Shown here: positions 35,537 to 45,276 of the stretch, one piece after another | Numbering within the stretch: the first letter of the stretch is position 1 | Layout: every line of letters begins with the position of its first letter | Assembly: GCA_001805445.1 (NCBI GenBank) | Contig: MHGF01000028.1 | Span: forward strand, 73,651-137,650 | DNA: 64,000 bases | Origin: Omnitrophica WOR_2 bacterium GWF2_43_52 | Lineage (GTDB): Bacteria > Omnitrophota > Gorgyraeia > Gygaellales > UBA12090 | Direction: 5' to 3' | The notes under the pieces: model-generated | Databases searched by the model: none | Seen by the model: only the letters and a program-made list of their open reading frames with translations | Told to the model about the DNA's origin: nothing | Program-made: the position numbers and the translations under genes

Positions 35537-37329
35537 ATTTTAAGCACCTCCAAAAAAGCTTCCTGAGGAATTTCAACTTTTCCGAACTGCTTCATTCTCG
35601 CTTTCCCTTTTTTTTGTTTCTCCCAGAGTTTACGCTTACGGGTAATATCGCCGCCATAGCATTTGGCAGTAACATTTTTTCCGGCCGCCCGGACTTTCTC
35701 CGACGCTATAACCTGGCTTCCCACTGCCGCCTGAATGCTTACCTCAAATAACTGCCTCGGAATCAAATCCTTAAGCCGGCTGACCAAGTTCCTTCCTTTT
35801 TCATATGCCATCTCCTTATGGAGGATACTTGAGAAGGCATCGCATTTATCTCCGTTAATCAGGATATCTAATTTGACTAATTTTGTCGGGAAATAACCGA
35901 TGAATTCATAATCCATAGAGCCATAGCCGCGGGTAACAGATTTTAACTTATCAAAAAAATCCACCAAAATCTCCGAGAGCGGCATATCAAAAACCAATTT
36001 TACCCTGTCCGATCCCAGAAATTCTGTGGCATTATACATACCCCTTCTGGTGCGCGATAATTCATGCACCGCGTCAAGGCTATCGGTAGGAATAAGCATG
36101 GTGACTACCACATAAGGCTCTTCAGCTTCGTCAATGTCCTGCGGGCCGGGGAATTTTTCAGGGTTATCCACATCAATAATTTCCCCGCCCTTCTTTTTAA
36201 TTCGATACACAACGCTAGGCACGGTGAGAATCAAATTTAAACTATACTCCCGCTCCAGGCGTTCCTGGATAATTTCCATATGCAGTAATCCTAAAAAGCC
36301 GCAACGAAAGCCAAAACCAAAAGAAACCGAGCTCTCCGGCTCGTAGACAAACGAGGCATCGGTAAGCCGAAGTTTTTCCATCGAGGCGCGCAGATTATCG
36401 AAATCTGCGGCATTAACAGGGTAGAGCCCGCAAAAGACAAGCGGCTTTAATTTCCGGAAACCCGGCAAAGGCTCTTCTAAGGGAGTGGAGATATTAAATA
36501 CCGTATCTCCGATTGCCACCTCTGCAGCGCTCCTGATATTAGAGATAAAATAGCCGACTTCGCCGCAGGATAGGCTCTCAACCTTCGTCATCTTGAGGTC
36601 TTTTAAAACCCCAAGCTCTTCTACCTTATACGTTTTTGACGCCTGCATCATTTTTACGGTATCGCTGGATTTCATTGTCCCGTCGATAATCTTCAGATAG
36701 ACAATCACCCCGCGATAGATATCAAAGACGGAATCAAAAATAAGGGCTTTTAAGGGTTTTGTGCCGTCGCCCGACGGAACCGGCACTGTGGCAACAATCT
36801 GTTCTAAAATATCTTCTATGCCTTTGCCTTCTTTAGCGGATGCTAAAATAATATCTTTTTCCTCAAAATTAAAAACCTCAACAAGCTGAAGTTTAACCCT
36901 GTCGGCATCGGCACTGGGCAAATCAATTTTATTTATCACCGGTATTATTTTCAGATTCAATTCTTTCGCCAGGTTAAAATTGGCAACGGTCTGAGCCTCA
37001 ATGCCTTGCGTGGCATCCACCACTAAAAGCGCTCCTTCACAGGCTGCTAAGGCTTTTGAGACTTCATAGGTAAAATCAACATGGCCCGGAGTATCAATCA
37101 GGTTTAAGGCATAAGAAGTGCCGTTTTTGGCCTTGTATTCCAGCCTTACCGTTGAAGCCTTGATCGTAATACCCCGCTCACGCTCAAGCTCCATATCATC
37201 AAGCAATTGATCATGGAAATTGCGCCTGTCTATGGCGCCCACAAACTCAAGTATCCTGTCGGCAAGGGTAGACTTGCCGTGATCAATATGGGCGATGATG
37301 CTGAAATTACGAATTAATGATTTATCCAT
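35533..37329 (-). CDS. lepA: Elongation factor 4
   Basis: NFSIIAHIDHGKSTLADR G-domain; 598 aa. Confidence 0.95.
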   Translation of the reverse strand: MDKSLIRNFSIIAHIDHGKSTLADRILEFVGAIDRRNFHDQLLDDMELERERGITIKASTVRLEYKAKNGTSYALNLIDTPGHVDFTYEVSKALAACEGALLVVDATQGIEAQTVANFNLAKELNLKIIPVINKIDLPSADADRVKLQLVEVFNFEEKDIILASAKEGKGIEDILEQIVATVPVPSGDGTKPLKALIFDSVFDIYRGVIVYLKIIDGTMKSSDTVKMMQASKTYKVEELGVLKDLKMTKVESLSCGEVGYFISNIRSAAEVAIGDTVFNISTPLEEPLPGFRKLKPLVFCGLYPVNAADFDNLRASMEKLRLTDASFVYEPESSVSFGFGFRCGFLGLLHMEIIQERLEREYSLNLILTVPSVVYRIKKKGGEIIDVDNPEKFPGPQDIDEAEEPYVVVTMLIPTDSLDAVHELSRTRRGMYNATEFLGSDRVKLVFDMPLSEILVDFFDKLKSVTRGYGSMDYEFIGYFPTKLVKLDILINGDKCDAFSSILHKEMAYEKGRNLVSRLKDLIPRQLFEVSIQAAVGSQVIASEKVRAAGKNVTAKCYGGDITRKRKLWEKQKKGKARMKQFGKVEIPQEAFLEVLKI

Positions 37330-37330
37330 T

Positions 37331-37365
37331 TTTAGTCAATAGTCTATAGTCAATGGCTTATAGCC
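37331..37365. repeat. Short palindromic repeat of the GATAGTC/ATGGTC family
   Basis: TTTAGTCAATAGTCTATAGTCAATGGCTTATAGCC. Confidence 0.6.
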
Positions 37366-37372
37366 CCAAGAA

Positions 37373-38077
37373 CTACACAGCGCCTCTCTGAGTTGACAGC
37401 TTGATATGTTCTAACAAAACTTTGACAGTTCCTTCAATAGTCATCTTAGTCGTATCTATGTAAATCGCGTCTTTAGCCTGTTTAAGGGGGGCGCATTTGC
37501 GGCTGGAATCAATGGTGTCCCGGTTGCACAGGTCTTTTTGCACATCCTCCAGGGAAACGTCCTGGCCGTTTTCTTTCAACTCTTTATGGCGCCGCCGGAC
37601 CCGCTCCTTTAAATCAGCATCTAAGAAAAATTTCTTATCCGCGTCAGGAAAAACCGCGGTTCCGATATCTCTTCCGTCTAAGACGCAAGAAACCTTAGAG
37701 CCTAATTCCCGCTGACGCATAAGCATTTCTTTTCTGACCCCCGGCACTTTGGCAGTATCTGAGACAAACTTGCTGATATTGGGCTTTCTAATATCCAAAG
37801 AAACATCCTCTCTATCCAATAAAACCCGGATCGTGCCATCGGGTTTGTTCTCTAAATCAATCCTGGTCTTTTTAGCCAGGCCGGTCAATTGCCGGCCTTG
37901 GGAAAAATTTATCCCCTTCCTGATTGCCTTCAAAGTTAAAGCCCGATACATTGCCCCGGTATCAATATAAAGAAACTTCATCTGCAGGGCTAAGAGCTTA
38001 GCCACAGTTGACTTCCCCGCGCCTGCAGGCCCGTCAATGGCGATAATCAGCTTTTTAGGTTTAGCAGGCAATGGCAT
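37373..38077 (-). CDS. cmk: Cytidylate kinase
   Basis: IAIDGPAGAGKSTV P-loop. Confidence 0.9.
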   Translation of the reverse strand: MPLPAKPKKLIIAIDGPAGAGKSTVAKLLALQMKFLYIDTGAMYRALTLKAIRKGINFSQGRQLTGLAKKTRIDLENKPDGTIRVLLDREDVSLDIRKPNISKFVSDTAKVPGVRKEMLMRQRELGSKVSCVLDGRDIGTAVFPDADKKFFLDADLKERVRRRHKELKENGQDVSLEDVQKDLCNRDTIDSSRKCAPLKQAKDAIYIDTTKMTIEGTVKVLLEHIKLSTQRGAV

Positions 38078-38894
38078 TTCTTTTTTTTCGTGATTTCGTA
38101 AGGTAAGCGGCTATCTGCTTTGATTGGCGGGCATTAACAAAAGACTCTAAGCGTCCAAGAGAACGCTTAAAGTCTTTTATTGCTTTCAGAAGCTCTGCGC
38201 GATTGGTCAGAAAAATATCTTTCCATACTACCGGATCAGACATGCTGATACGGGTTGTATCTTTTAAGCCGCTTGCCGCGAACCCCAGGTAGCCCGGTTT
38301 TATGCAGTCAATAAGGCAGAATGCCACCGCGTGCGGAAGATGGCTGACAAAGGCAAGGACGCGGTCGTGTGAACGCGCGTCCATAGTTTTGGTATGCGCG
38401 CCTACTGCCTCCCACAGGGTTTTGACTTTAGCGACGGCTTCTTTTCTTGTCTTTTTCGCGGCGATAAGAAGGCATAAAGAATTTTCAAAAAGAGCGCTTC
38501 TGGCGTTTTCCACACCTCTCTTCTCCATGCCTGCCAAGGGATGGCAGCCGACAAAATTCAGGCGGCATTTTTCCGCGGCCTTGACAATCTCCGCTTTCGT
38601 TGAGCCGACGTCAATAACAATACACTCTTTACGGATAATTTTCGCGATCCGGGGAATACTCATTTTTATTTCATTTACCGGTGTAGCCAAAATTACTACA
38701 TCGGCATCCATGAGTTTATCTAACTCCAGATACCCTTCGTCAATGGCTCCTTTTTCCAAGGCTACAGCCAAAGACTCGCGCCGATGGCCTATACCGATAA
38801 TCTTTTTCACAAGGCCATGGTGCTTCATCGCCAGGCCCAGTGAGCCGCCAATTAAGCCAACCCCGACAATGGCAACAGTATCAAACAAAATCAT
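38061..38894 (-). CDS. tyrA: Prephenate/arogenate dehydrogenase
   Basis: Rossmann IVGVGLIGGSLGLAMK; context aroF-tyrA. Confidence 0.85.
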   Translation of the reverse strand: MILFDTVAIVGVGLIGGSLGLAMKHHGLVKKIIGIGHRRESLAVALEKGAIDEGYLELDKLMDADVVILATPVNEIKMSIPRIAKIIRKECIVIDVGSTKAEIVKAAEKCRLNFVGCHPLAGMEKRGVENARSALFENSLCLLIAAKKTRKEAVAKVKTLWEAVGAHTKTMDARSHDRVLAFVSHLPHAVAFCLIDCIKPGYLGFAASGLKDTTRISMSDPVVWKDIFLTNRAELLKAIKDFKRSLGRLESFVNARQSKQIAAYLTKSRKKRNAIAC

Positions 38895-39907
38895 ATGCTC
38901 CTATTGACAGCCTTAGCAACTGCTTTCATGGAGGCAACCAGCCCTTTAAAATTATCAGGGGTAAGGGATTGCGCTCCGTCCGACATTGCCTCCTCCGGAT
39001 GAATATGCACTTCAATAATCAGGCCGTCGCATCCTGCGGCAACAGCGGCCTTTGACAATGACCCCACCAAACCCCAGCGGCCGGCGGCATGGGAAGGATC
39101 TATGATAATCGGTAAATGGCTAAGCTCTTTTACGACGGGAATCGCGCTAATATCAAGGGTATTCCTCGTAGAATCCTCAAAAGTCCGTATCCCGCGCTCG
39201 CAAAGAACCACATTCATGTTGCCGCCGGCAAGGATATATTCGGCAGACATAAGCCATTCCTTGACTGTCGCGGAAAGCCCGCGCTTTAAGATAACCGGCT
39301 TCTTTATCAGCCCTACTTCCTTTAAGAGGTTAAAATTCTGCATATTGCGCGCGCCAATTTGCAATACGTCCGCGTAACGGGCCACGAGCTCAACATCACG
39401 GGTATCCATGACTTCCGTAACCGTTACCATGTCTAATTTGTCGCCAACGTCTTTTAAATACTTTAACCCCTCCTCGCCTAATCCCTGAAAAGTATAGGGT
39501 GATGTCCGAGGCTTGAAGGCGCCGCCGCGAAGGCATTTTGCTCCGAAAGACTTAACCACTTTTGCTGTCTCATACAGCATGGCGTGGTTCTCGATGGCGC
39601 AGGGGCCCGCGAACATAACAATCTCTTCTCCTCCTATGGCTACCCCCTTACCCAAATCAATCACTGAATTTTCTTTACGGAACTCGCGGGAGACTAATTT
39701 ATAGGGCGCAAGAACCGGTATAACCTTTTCCACGCCGGGGAATGCCTCAAGAGGAGTAGCGCGAAGAACCTCTTCGGGGCCGATAACCCCGATAATCGTA
39801 CGCTCTGTGCCTTTGGAGAGCATCGGCTTAAGCCCAAGCTTGGTTACCCTCTCAACAATATGCTCAACTTCCTTATCCGTTGTTCCCGGACGTAATACGA
39901 TTATCAT
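38891..39907 (-). CDS. aroF: 3-deoxy-7-phosphoheptulonate (DAHP) synthase, type I-beta with N-terminal regulatory domain
   Basis: KDSA/DAHPS barrel motifs (GPCAIENH, KPRTSPYTFQGLG, IIDPSHAAG). Confidence 0.85.
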   Translation of the reverse strand: MIIVLRPGTTDKEVEHIVERVTKLGLKPMLSKGTERTIIGVIGPEEVLRATPLEAFPGVEKVIPVLAPYKLVSREFRKENSVIDLGKGVAIGGEEIVMFAGPCAIENHAMLYETAKVVKSFGAKCLRGGAFKPRTSPYTFQGLGEEGLKYLKDVGDKLDMVTVTEVMDTRDVELVARYADVLQIGARNMQNFNLLKEVGLIKKPVILKRGLSATVKEWLMSAEYILAGGNMNVVLCERGIRTFEDSTRNTLDISAIPVVKELSHLPIIIDPSHAAGRWGLVGSLSKAAVAAGCDGLIIEVHIHPEEAMSDGAQSLTPDNFKGLVASMKAVAKAVNRSI

Positions 39908-39944
39908 ACCAATCTCTCCTTATAAGATATTCTCAACTAGTTAA

Positions 39945-40080
39945 ATGCGGGGATTAGATGACTAGGGTATTAGGATTTGGAGATTAGGATATTAAGCCTG
40001 GTGAACAAATTTGATTCTTTCTTAATGTCCCACTATCCTAATCCCCAAACCCTGATCTCCTAATTACCTAATATCCGCTT
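39945..40080. repeat. Large dyad element copy 2 (GGGATTAGG/GGATATTAAG purine arm, complementary pyrimidine arm), ends AATATCCGCTTTTAGG
   Basis: Seen directly between hisC and aroF. Confidence 0.7.
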
Positions 40081-40103
40081 TTAGGATGCCACTATTCCTC
40101 TTT

Positions 40104-41180
40104 TTATAGAACTTTCCTTAACGCTTCAACGAATTTCTCATTTTCCTGCTTAGTCCCTACCGTTACCCGCACATAATCCTTGAGGCCATATTGGCACATA
40201 TCCCGGACAATCACTCCCCTTTTAAGGAGTTCTTGAGAAATCGTAAGCCCATCTTTATTCACTTTAAAAAGGATAAAATTTGCCGCGGAATAAATAGCCT
40301 CTAAGCCTAATTGCTCAAAGTGGCGCAGGAGATAACGCTTCCCTTCCCACACCAATGCCTGGGATTTCCTGACAAAGGCAGTATCTGACAACGCGGCCAG
40401 AGCAGCTTCCTGAGCCAGGCTATTGACATTAAACGGCTGGCGCACGCGTTCCATATACCCGACAAGCTCCGGGCTTGCTATCCCATAGCCTATACGCAGG
40501 CCTGCTAATCCGTAAATCTTGGAAAAGGTACGCAGGATAATAACGTTTTTTCCTTCTTTCACATAGCGTATCGTCTCCGGAAAATCTTTTTCTTTAACAA
40601 ACTCAAAGTATGCCTCATCAAAGACAACAATGACATCTTTCGGAATATCTCTTAAGAAACTCTCAACTTCTTTTTTATCCACATAGGTCCCTGTAGGGTT
40701 ATTGGGGTTAGCAATAAAAACAACCTTCACCCTTTTGTTCAAGGCCTGTTTCATGGCTGATAAGTCATAGCGAAAGCCTCTTAAAGGAAACATCTTTGGC
40801 CTGCGTCCATTTTGCTGGGCGATAATTTTATACTCTAAAAAGGTTGCCTCGGCAGTCATGATCTCATCGCGAGGGCAAGAGAAAGCCTTGATAATAATAT
40901 CAATGAGTTCATCTGAACCGTTTCCAAAAATAAGATTGCGCGGATTGACTTTCAAATGCCTGCTGAGGCGCTGACGAAGATAATAACACGAGCCTTCGGG
41001 ATAGCGGTTAATTTTAGGAAGCGCCTTTTGAATGGCACGCAGCGCCTTGGGGCTTGGGCCAAGAGGATTTTCATTTGAGGCAAGCTTTATGACTTTCGAT
41101 AATCCTAATTGGCGCTTGACCTCCTCAATGGGTTTACCCGGCTGATAAGGAGTTATTTCTAAAATCCTGTTATTTACCAT
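40104..41180 (-). CDS. hisC: Histidinol-phosphate/aromatic aminotransferase
   Basis: LASNENPLGPSP and PLP-lysine region. Confidence 0.85.
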   Translation of the reverse strand: MVNNRILEITPYQPGKPIEEVKRQLGLSKVIKLASNENPLGPSPKALRAIQKALPKINRYPEGSCYYLRQRLSRHLKVNPRNLIFGNGSDELIDIIIKAFSCPRDEIMTAEATFLEYKIIAQQNGRRPKMFPLRGFRYDLSAMKQALNKRVKVVFIANPNNPTGTYVDKKEVESFLRDIPKDVIVVFDEAYFEFVKEKDFPETIRYVKEGKNVIILRTFSKIYGLAGLRIGYGIASPELVGYMERVRQPFNVNSLAQEAALAALSDTAFVRKSQALVWEGKRYLLRHFEQLGLEAIYSAANFILFKVNKDGLTISQELLKRGVIVRDMCQYGLKDYVRVTVGTKQENEKFVEALRKVL

Positions 41181-41258
41181 TGATAGAGGGGTCTGATAGA
41201 AGGGTCTGACCTCAACCTTAGAAGTTAATTTCTATTGTTGAGGTCTGATCCCATTGTT

Positions 41259-42320
41259 TTATTCCACATTCGGATATGAACCAAGTATCTTTAAATACTT
41301 GGCATAGTGCTCTAATGACTCAAGTGCCCTGGCGACATTTTTATCCTGGATATGGCCTTCTAAATCAACAAAAAAATAATAATCCCATGCCTTTTTCTTA
41401 GAAGGGCGCGATTCTATTTTCGTCAGGTTGATACGGTATTTCTTAAAAGGCACCAGCATATCATGGAGTGCCCCGACCTTGTCTTTAATGGAGAAAACCA
41501 CTGAAGTCTTGTCATTTCCCGTAGGGCCGGCGCCATTAGTGCCGATAACCAGAAAACGGGTAATATTACTCGGGGAATCTTCTATATTCGCGGCAACAAC
41601 CCTGAGCTGATACACCTTTGCCGCCAGAGTAGACGCGATACAGGCGGCATTCTTTTCTTTCTTGACTATCTGGGCGGCGCGGCTGGTGCTTGCGGCATCA
41701 ATTAAATCTGCCTTTGGGAAATTCTCCCGCAGCCACAGCCGGCATTGAGAAAAGACTTCCGGTTTAGAATAAATCGCGGTTATTTTTTCCTTTGTATACC
41801 GGCTCAAAAGATTATGGGAAACATTCATCACAATCTGAGAGCATATCTTTAGATCAGAATCTATAAGCATATCCATGGTATGAGTAATAGCGCCCTCAAT
41901 GGAATTTTCTATCGGCACTACTCCGTAATGAGCGCTGCCTCTTTCCACCTCTTTAAAGACATCGCTTATAGAAAAACACGGGATATACTCAAGCTGCAGC
42001 CCGAATCTTTTTATCGCCGCTAAGTGAGTAAAGGTAGCCTCCGGCCCCAAGTAGGCGATTGCCAAGGGCTTCTCCAGGGAAAGCGCGCTTGACATTACCT
42101 CGCGGTAAATCGCCTCTAACGCGCTATCAGGGAGAAGGCCGCGCTTTGTGCTTTTGAGCTTTTGCAAAACTTCATACTCGCGTTCCGGAGAATAAATCCC
42201 TTTGCCAAGCTTCTTCTTGATGTTTCTGATTTTAAGGGTAATTTCCAAACGCTTATCCAAATCATTAACGATATGCGCGTCAAGGCTGTCAATCTGCTTT
42301 CGCAATGTTTTAAGATTCAT
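41259..42320 (-). CDS. pheA: Chorismate mutase / prephenate dehydratase (P-protein, with ACT domain)
   Basis: CM, PDT and ACT regions; ORF extends to 42473 but start at 42320 (MNLKTLRKQIDSLD) avoids long overlap with scpB. Confidence 0.8.
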   Translation of the reverse strand: MNLKTLRKQIDSLDAHIVNDLDKRLEITLKIRNIKKKLGKGIYSPEREYEVLQKLKSTKRGLLPDSALEAIYREVMSSALSLEKPLAIAYLGPEATFTHLAAIKRFGLQLEYIPCFSISDVFKEVERGSAHYGVVPIENSIEGAITHTMDMLIDSDLKICSQIVMNVSHNLLSRYTKEKITAIYSKPEVFSQCRLWLRENFPKADLIDAASTSRAAQIVKKEKNAACIASTLAAKVYQLRVVAANIEDSPSNITRFLVIGTNGAGPTGNDKTSVVFSIKDKVGALHDMLVPFKKYRINLTKIESRPSKKKAWDYYFFVDLEGHIQDKNVARALESLEHYAKYLKILGSYPNVE

Positions 42321-43020
42321 GGGCGCTTCCTTCCTTACTCTTATCTTGGGATTCTTCCGCCGAGACAACCTGAGTTGGCTCAGGGCTGGTTTCATGGGCT
42401 TCTGAGGTATCCGCGATAAATGCTTCGGTTCTGTTACTAAAGGTAAGCAAGGTAGAAGAAGCCGCCTCAGCATTTTTTACAAACTCCTCTATTTTCGGTA
42501 AATCCTCCAGCGATGCCAGCCCAAAATATTCCAGGAACTGCCGCGTTGTCCCGTAGACAAAAGGCCTGCCGATAACCTCTTTCTTCCCGGTAATACGAAT
42601 CAGATTTTTCTCCAATAAATTTCTTACCATAGAGTCGACATTGACGCCCCGCAAAGACTCAATATCAAGGCGTGTTACCGGCTGTTTATAGGCAATAATT
42701 GCCAGGGTTTCTAAGGCTGATTTACTTAAGCGCTGCGCGTCGCGCAGTTTATAGAATTTCTTTAATATCTCCGCGGCTTCCAAAGAGGTCACAATCTGAA
42801 ACCCTCCGGCAACCTCCGCGATACGCAGGCCCCGCTGGGCATTTTCATAATCATGTTTAAGCTCTAAAACAATTTCTCGCAGTTTGCCTGGCTCGATATC
42901 CTCAAAGACACCCTTTATTTGGTCAATCATCAGGGGCTTTTCGCTGATAAATAAAAGCGCCTCTATCGCGGCTTTCGTTGATAAAGATGAAAACTGACTA
43001 TCGTTTAATGCTTCACTCAT
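42310..43020 (-). CDS. scpB: Segregation and condensation protein B
   Basis: Winged-helix pair EALLFISEKPL...; acidic C-terminal tail. Confidence 0.85.
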   Translation of the reverse strand: MSEALNDSQFSSLSTKAAIEALLFISEKPLMIDQIKGVFEDIEPGKLREIVLELKHDYENAQRGLRIAEVAGGFQIVTSLEAAEILKKFYKLRDAQRLSKSALETLAIIAYKQPVTRLDIESLRGVNVDSMVRNLLEKNLIRITGKKEVIGRPFVYGTTRQFLEYFGLASLEDLPKIEEFVKNAEAASSTLLTFSNRTEAFIADTSEAHETSPEPTQVVSAEESQDKSKEGSAHES

Positions 43021-43646
43021 TTTTTGACCTTATGTTTATAGACCTCATTGAGCAGGGCTTCGGTGGTAACGCTATGAGGCGCTCGTTCCAAGGCCTTGTG
43101 CACCATTTCCTTTGCTTCCTGGCGTTTGTACTGCAACTGAACCAATACCTCAACCGCTTCTAACGCGATATCGCTTGAAGTTCCAGCTTCCTTAACTACA
43201 AAATCTTCGTCCTGGATAAGCCCGTATTTTCCGACTTTACCCTGGAGCTTAGCAACAATTTCCTTTGCGCGCTGCTGGCCGATTCCGGGAAGAGATTTTA
43301 AAAAACTGATATCCCCCTCATCTATTGCCTTGGCAATCGCGGAAAAAGGCATTGCCAATGCCTTTAAGGCGGCGCGGGGGCCAATGCCGGACACCGAAAT
43401 AAACTGCTGAAAAAAATCTTTTTCAATATCGTTTAAGAAGCCAATAAGAATAGGAATAGACTTTGACGGTTCGACATTATGATAGTGATAGGTAGCCAAG
43501 GTAACTATCCCATCATTCCCCAGAGATTTCTCTATTTTCTGTATAATCGCCGTGGGGACCAACACCTCATAACAAATCCCCGCGATATCGATGAACAAGG
43601 AATTGGGATTTTGCCGTATTACCTTACCGCTAATTTGAACAATCAT
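43017..43646 (-). CDS. ruvA: Holliday junction DNA helicase RuvA
   Basis: N-terminal OB domain and HhH motifs. Confidence 0.9.
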   Translation of the reverse strand: MIVQISGKVIRQNPNSLFIDIAGICYEVLVPTAIIQKIEKSLGNDGIVTLATYHYHNVEPSKSIPILIGFLNDIEKDFFQQFISVSGIGPRAALKALAMPFSAIAKAIDEGDISFLKSLPGIGQQRAKEIVAKLQGKVGKYGLIQDEDFVVKEAGTSSDIALEAVEVLVQLQYKRQEAKEMVHKALERAPHSVTTEALLNEVYKHKVKK

Positions 43647-43649
43647 TTT

Positions 43650-43715
43650 CAGCTATCAGCTATCAGCTATCAGCTATCAGCTGAACGCTGAAAGCCGACA
43701 TCTGAAAGCTGTCAA
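43650..43715. repeat. Heptamer tandem repeat CAGCTAT x4 followed by GCTGAA-rich segment
   Basis: Seen directly between ruvA and ruvC. Confidence 0.8.
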
Positions 43716-43717
43716 GG

Positions 43718-44194
43718 TTATTTTCTCGTCATATACGAATGTCCTATTGCCAAGGCTAAGGCATCCGCCACATCCGCGGGTTCAGGAAGAACTGCTAGCT
43801 TGAGGAGGCCTTGTATCATCCTCTGGATTTGCAGTTTCGAGGCATGTCCTTTTCCCACAATAGCTTTTTTAATACGGGTTGCGGCATACTCAAAAACCGC
43901 CACATTATTTTCTTTCGCGCTTAAGCAAATGATCCCTCTGGCGTGCCCTAACACATAAGCGGTCGTAGGGTGTTTCCAATGGGCATAGAGTTTTTCTAAA
44001 ACCAGTACCTCCGGCTTGAACTTGCGAATTATTTTCTCTATTGCCTTGTGGATATGCTCAAGGCGGCTCTCGGTTTCTTCTTTGGGATTGGTGCGGATAT
44101 ATCCAGCCTCAATAAGGCTTATTTTTAACCCTCGCCCCTCAACCACACCATATCCGCTCGTATGCAACCCCGGATCAATTCCTAGTATGCGCAT
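43718..44194 (-). CDS. ruvC: Crossover junction endodeoxyribonuclease RuvC
   Basis: MRILGIDPGLHTSGYGVVE. Confidence 0.9.
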   Translation of the reverse strand: MRILGIDPGLHTSGYGVVEGRGLKISLIEAGYIRTNPKEETESRLEHIHKAIEKIIRKFKPEVLVLEKLYAHWKHPTTAYVLGHARGIICLSAKENNVAVFEYAATRIKKAIVGKGHASKLQIQRMIQGLLKLAVLPEPADVADALALAIGHSYMTRK

Positions 44195-44240
44195 TCTCAG
44201 CTCTCAACTCTCAGCTCTCAGCTGAAGGCTGACAGCTTCT
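44195..44240. repeat. Heptamer tandem repeat TCTCAGC x~4
   Basis: Seen directly between ruvC and yebC. Confidence 0.75.
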
Positions 44241-44996
44241 TTATTCAGCAGCTGCCAACTGTTCAATAATCTCATCAGGAATATCAAAATTCGCGTAGAC
44301 ATCCTGAACGTCGTCCTGGCCCTCAAGTGCCTCAATTAAATTCAGAACCTGCTTTGCCTCCGAGCCTACCACTTTAATGGTTGTGGTCGGAAGCATCGTG
44401 ACCTCAGCGCTTTGTAAATTGATGCCCTTTTCCTGCAAGGCAGCCTTCACCTTCTCAAAATCACCTGCGGCTGTAATTACCTCAAAACTCTTCTCCTGAG
44501 CCTTGATATCTTCCGCGCCGGCACTCAGGGCGATATCCATCAGAGTATCCTCTTGCACGACAGCCTTATCAACGACAATATAACCCCGTTTATTAAACAT
44601 CCAGGCGACAGAACCAGCGCCTGCCATGTTACCGCTTTTTTTGGAAAGGATATTACGCAATTCCGCGGTAGTGCGGTTTTTATTATCGGTTAATGCCTCA
44701 ATGATAATTGCAACCCCACCAGGGCCGTAAGCCTCATAATTAATGGTTTCATACACCACTCCCGGTAATTCGCCCGTGCCGCGCTTGATGGCGTTCTTTA
44801 CATTATCAGAGGGCATATTTGCCTCTTTAGCCTTTGCCATCGCGGTACGCAGCGAGGGATTCATATCCGGATTCCCCCCGCCGTTTCGCGCTGCCATAGT
44901 TATTTCTTTAATAATTCTAGTATAAAGCGCGCCTTTTTTAGCATCCGCAGCGCCTTTTTTATGCTTTATACTTGCCCACTTTGAATGTCCAGACAT
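44241..44996 (-). CDS. yebC: YebC/PmpR family DNA-binding regulator
   Basis: MSGHSKWASIKHKKGAADAKKG. Confidence 0.9.
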   Translation of the reverse strand: MSGHSKWASIKHKKGAADAKKGALYTRIIKEITMAARNGGGNPDMNPSLRTAMAKAKEANMPSDNVKNAIKRGTGELPGVVYETINYEAYGPGGVAIIIEALTDNKNRTTAELRNILSKKSGNMAGAGSVAWMFNKRGYIVVDKAVVQEDTLMDIALSAGAEDIKAQEKSFEVITAAGDFEKVKAALQEKGINLQSAEVTMLPTTTIKVVGSEAKQVLNLIEALEGQDDVQDVYANFDIPDEIIEQLAAAE

Positions 44997-45276
44997 AAAA
45001 ACTCCTCCCTTACTTTACATAGTTACAGCTGAAAAATTTATTTTTACCGCGAGAATCAGCGTCAAAAGATGCTTTTTCAGCGATAACTACATAGCATAGT
45101 ATCTTTGGTTCCTCTACAATCTGTACCAACCCTGCGTAAACCTCTGTTACTTGCGTTTTAGCAATTTTTGTGAAATTTAATTATACTATAGGATTACCCG
45201 CGAGGCAAGGCTTTTTAGGATTTAATTGTAACCAGTCAGGTCCCCCGTTTACTGACGCATTGTATTTAGTGTAGAT

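Noticed and set aside
41259-42473. Full-length 404-aa pheA ORF starting at 42473
   Set aside because: The first 51 residues are basic/Pro-rich with no similarity and would overlap scpB by 164 nt. The internal start at 42320 matches the chorismate mutase N-terminus.
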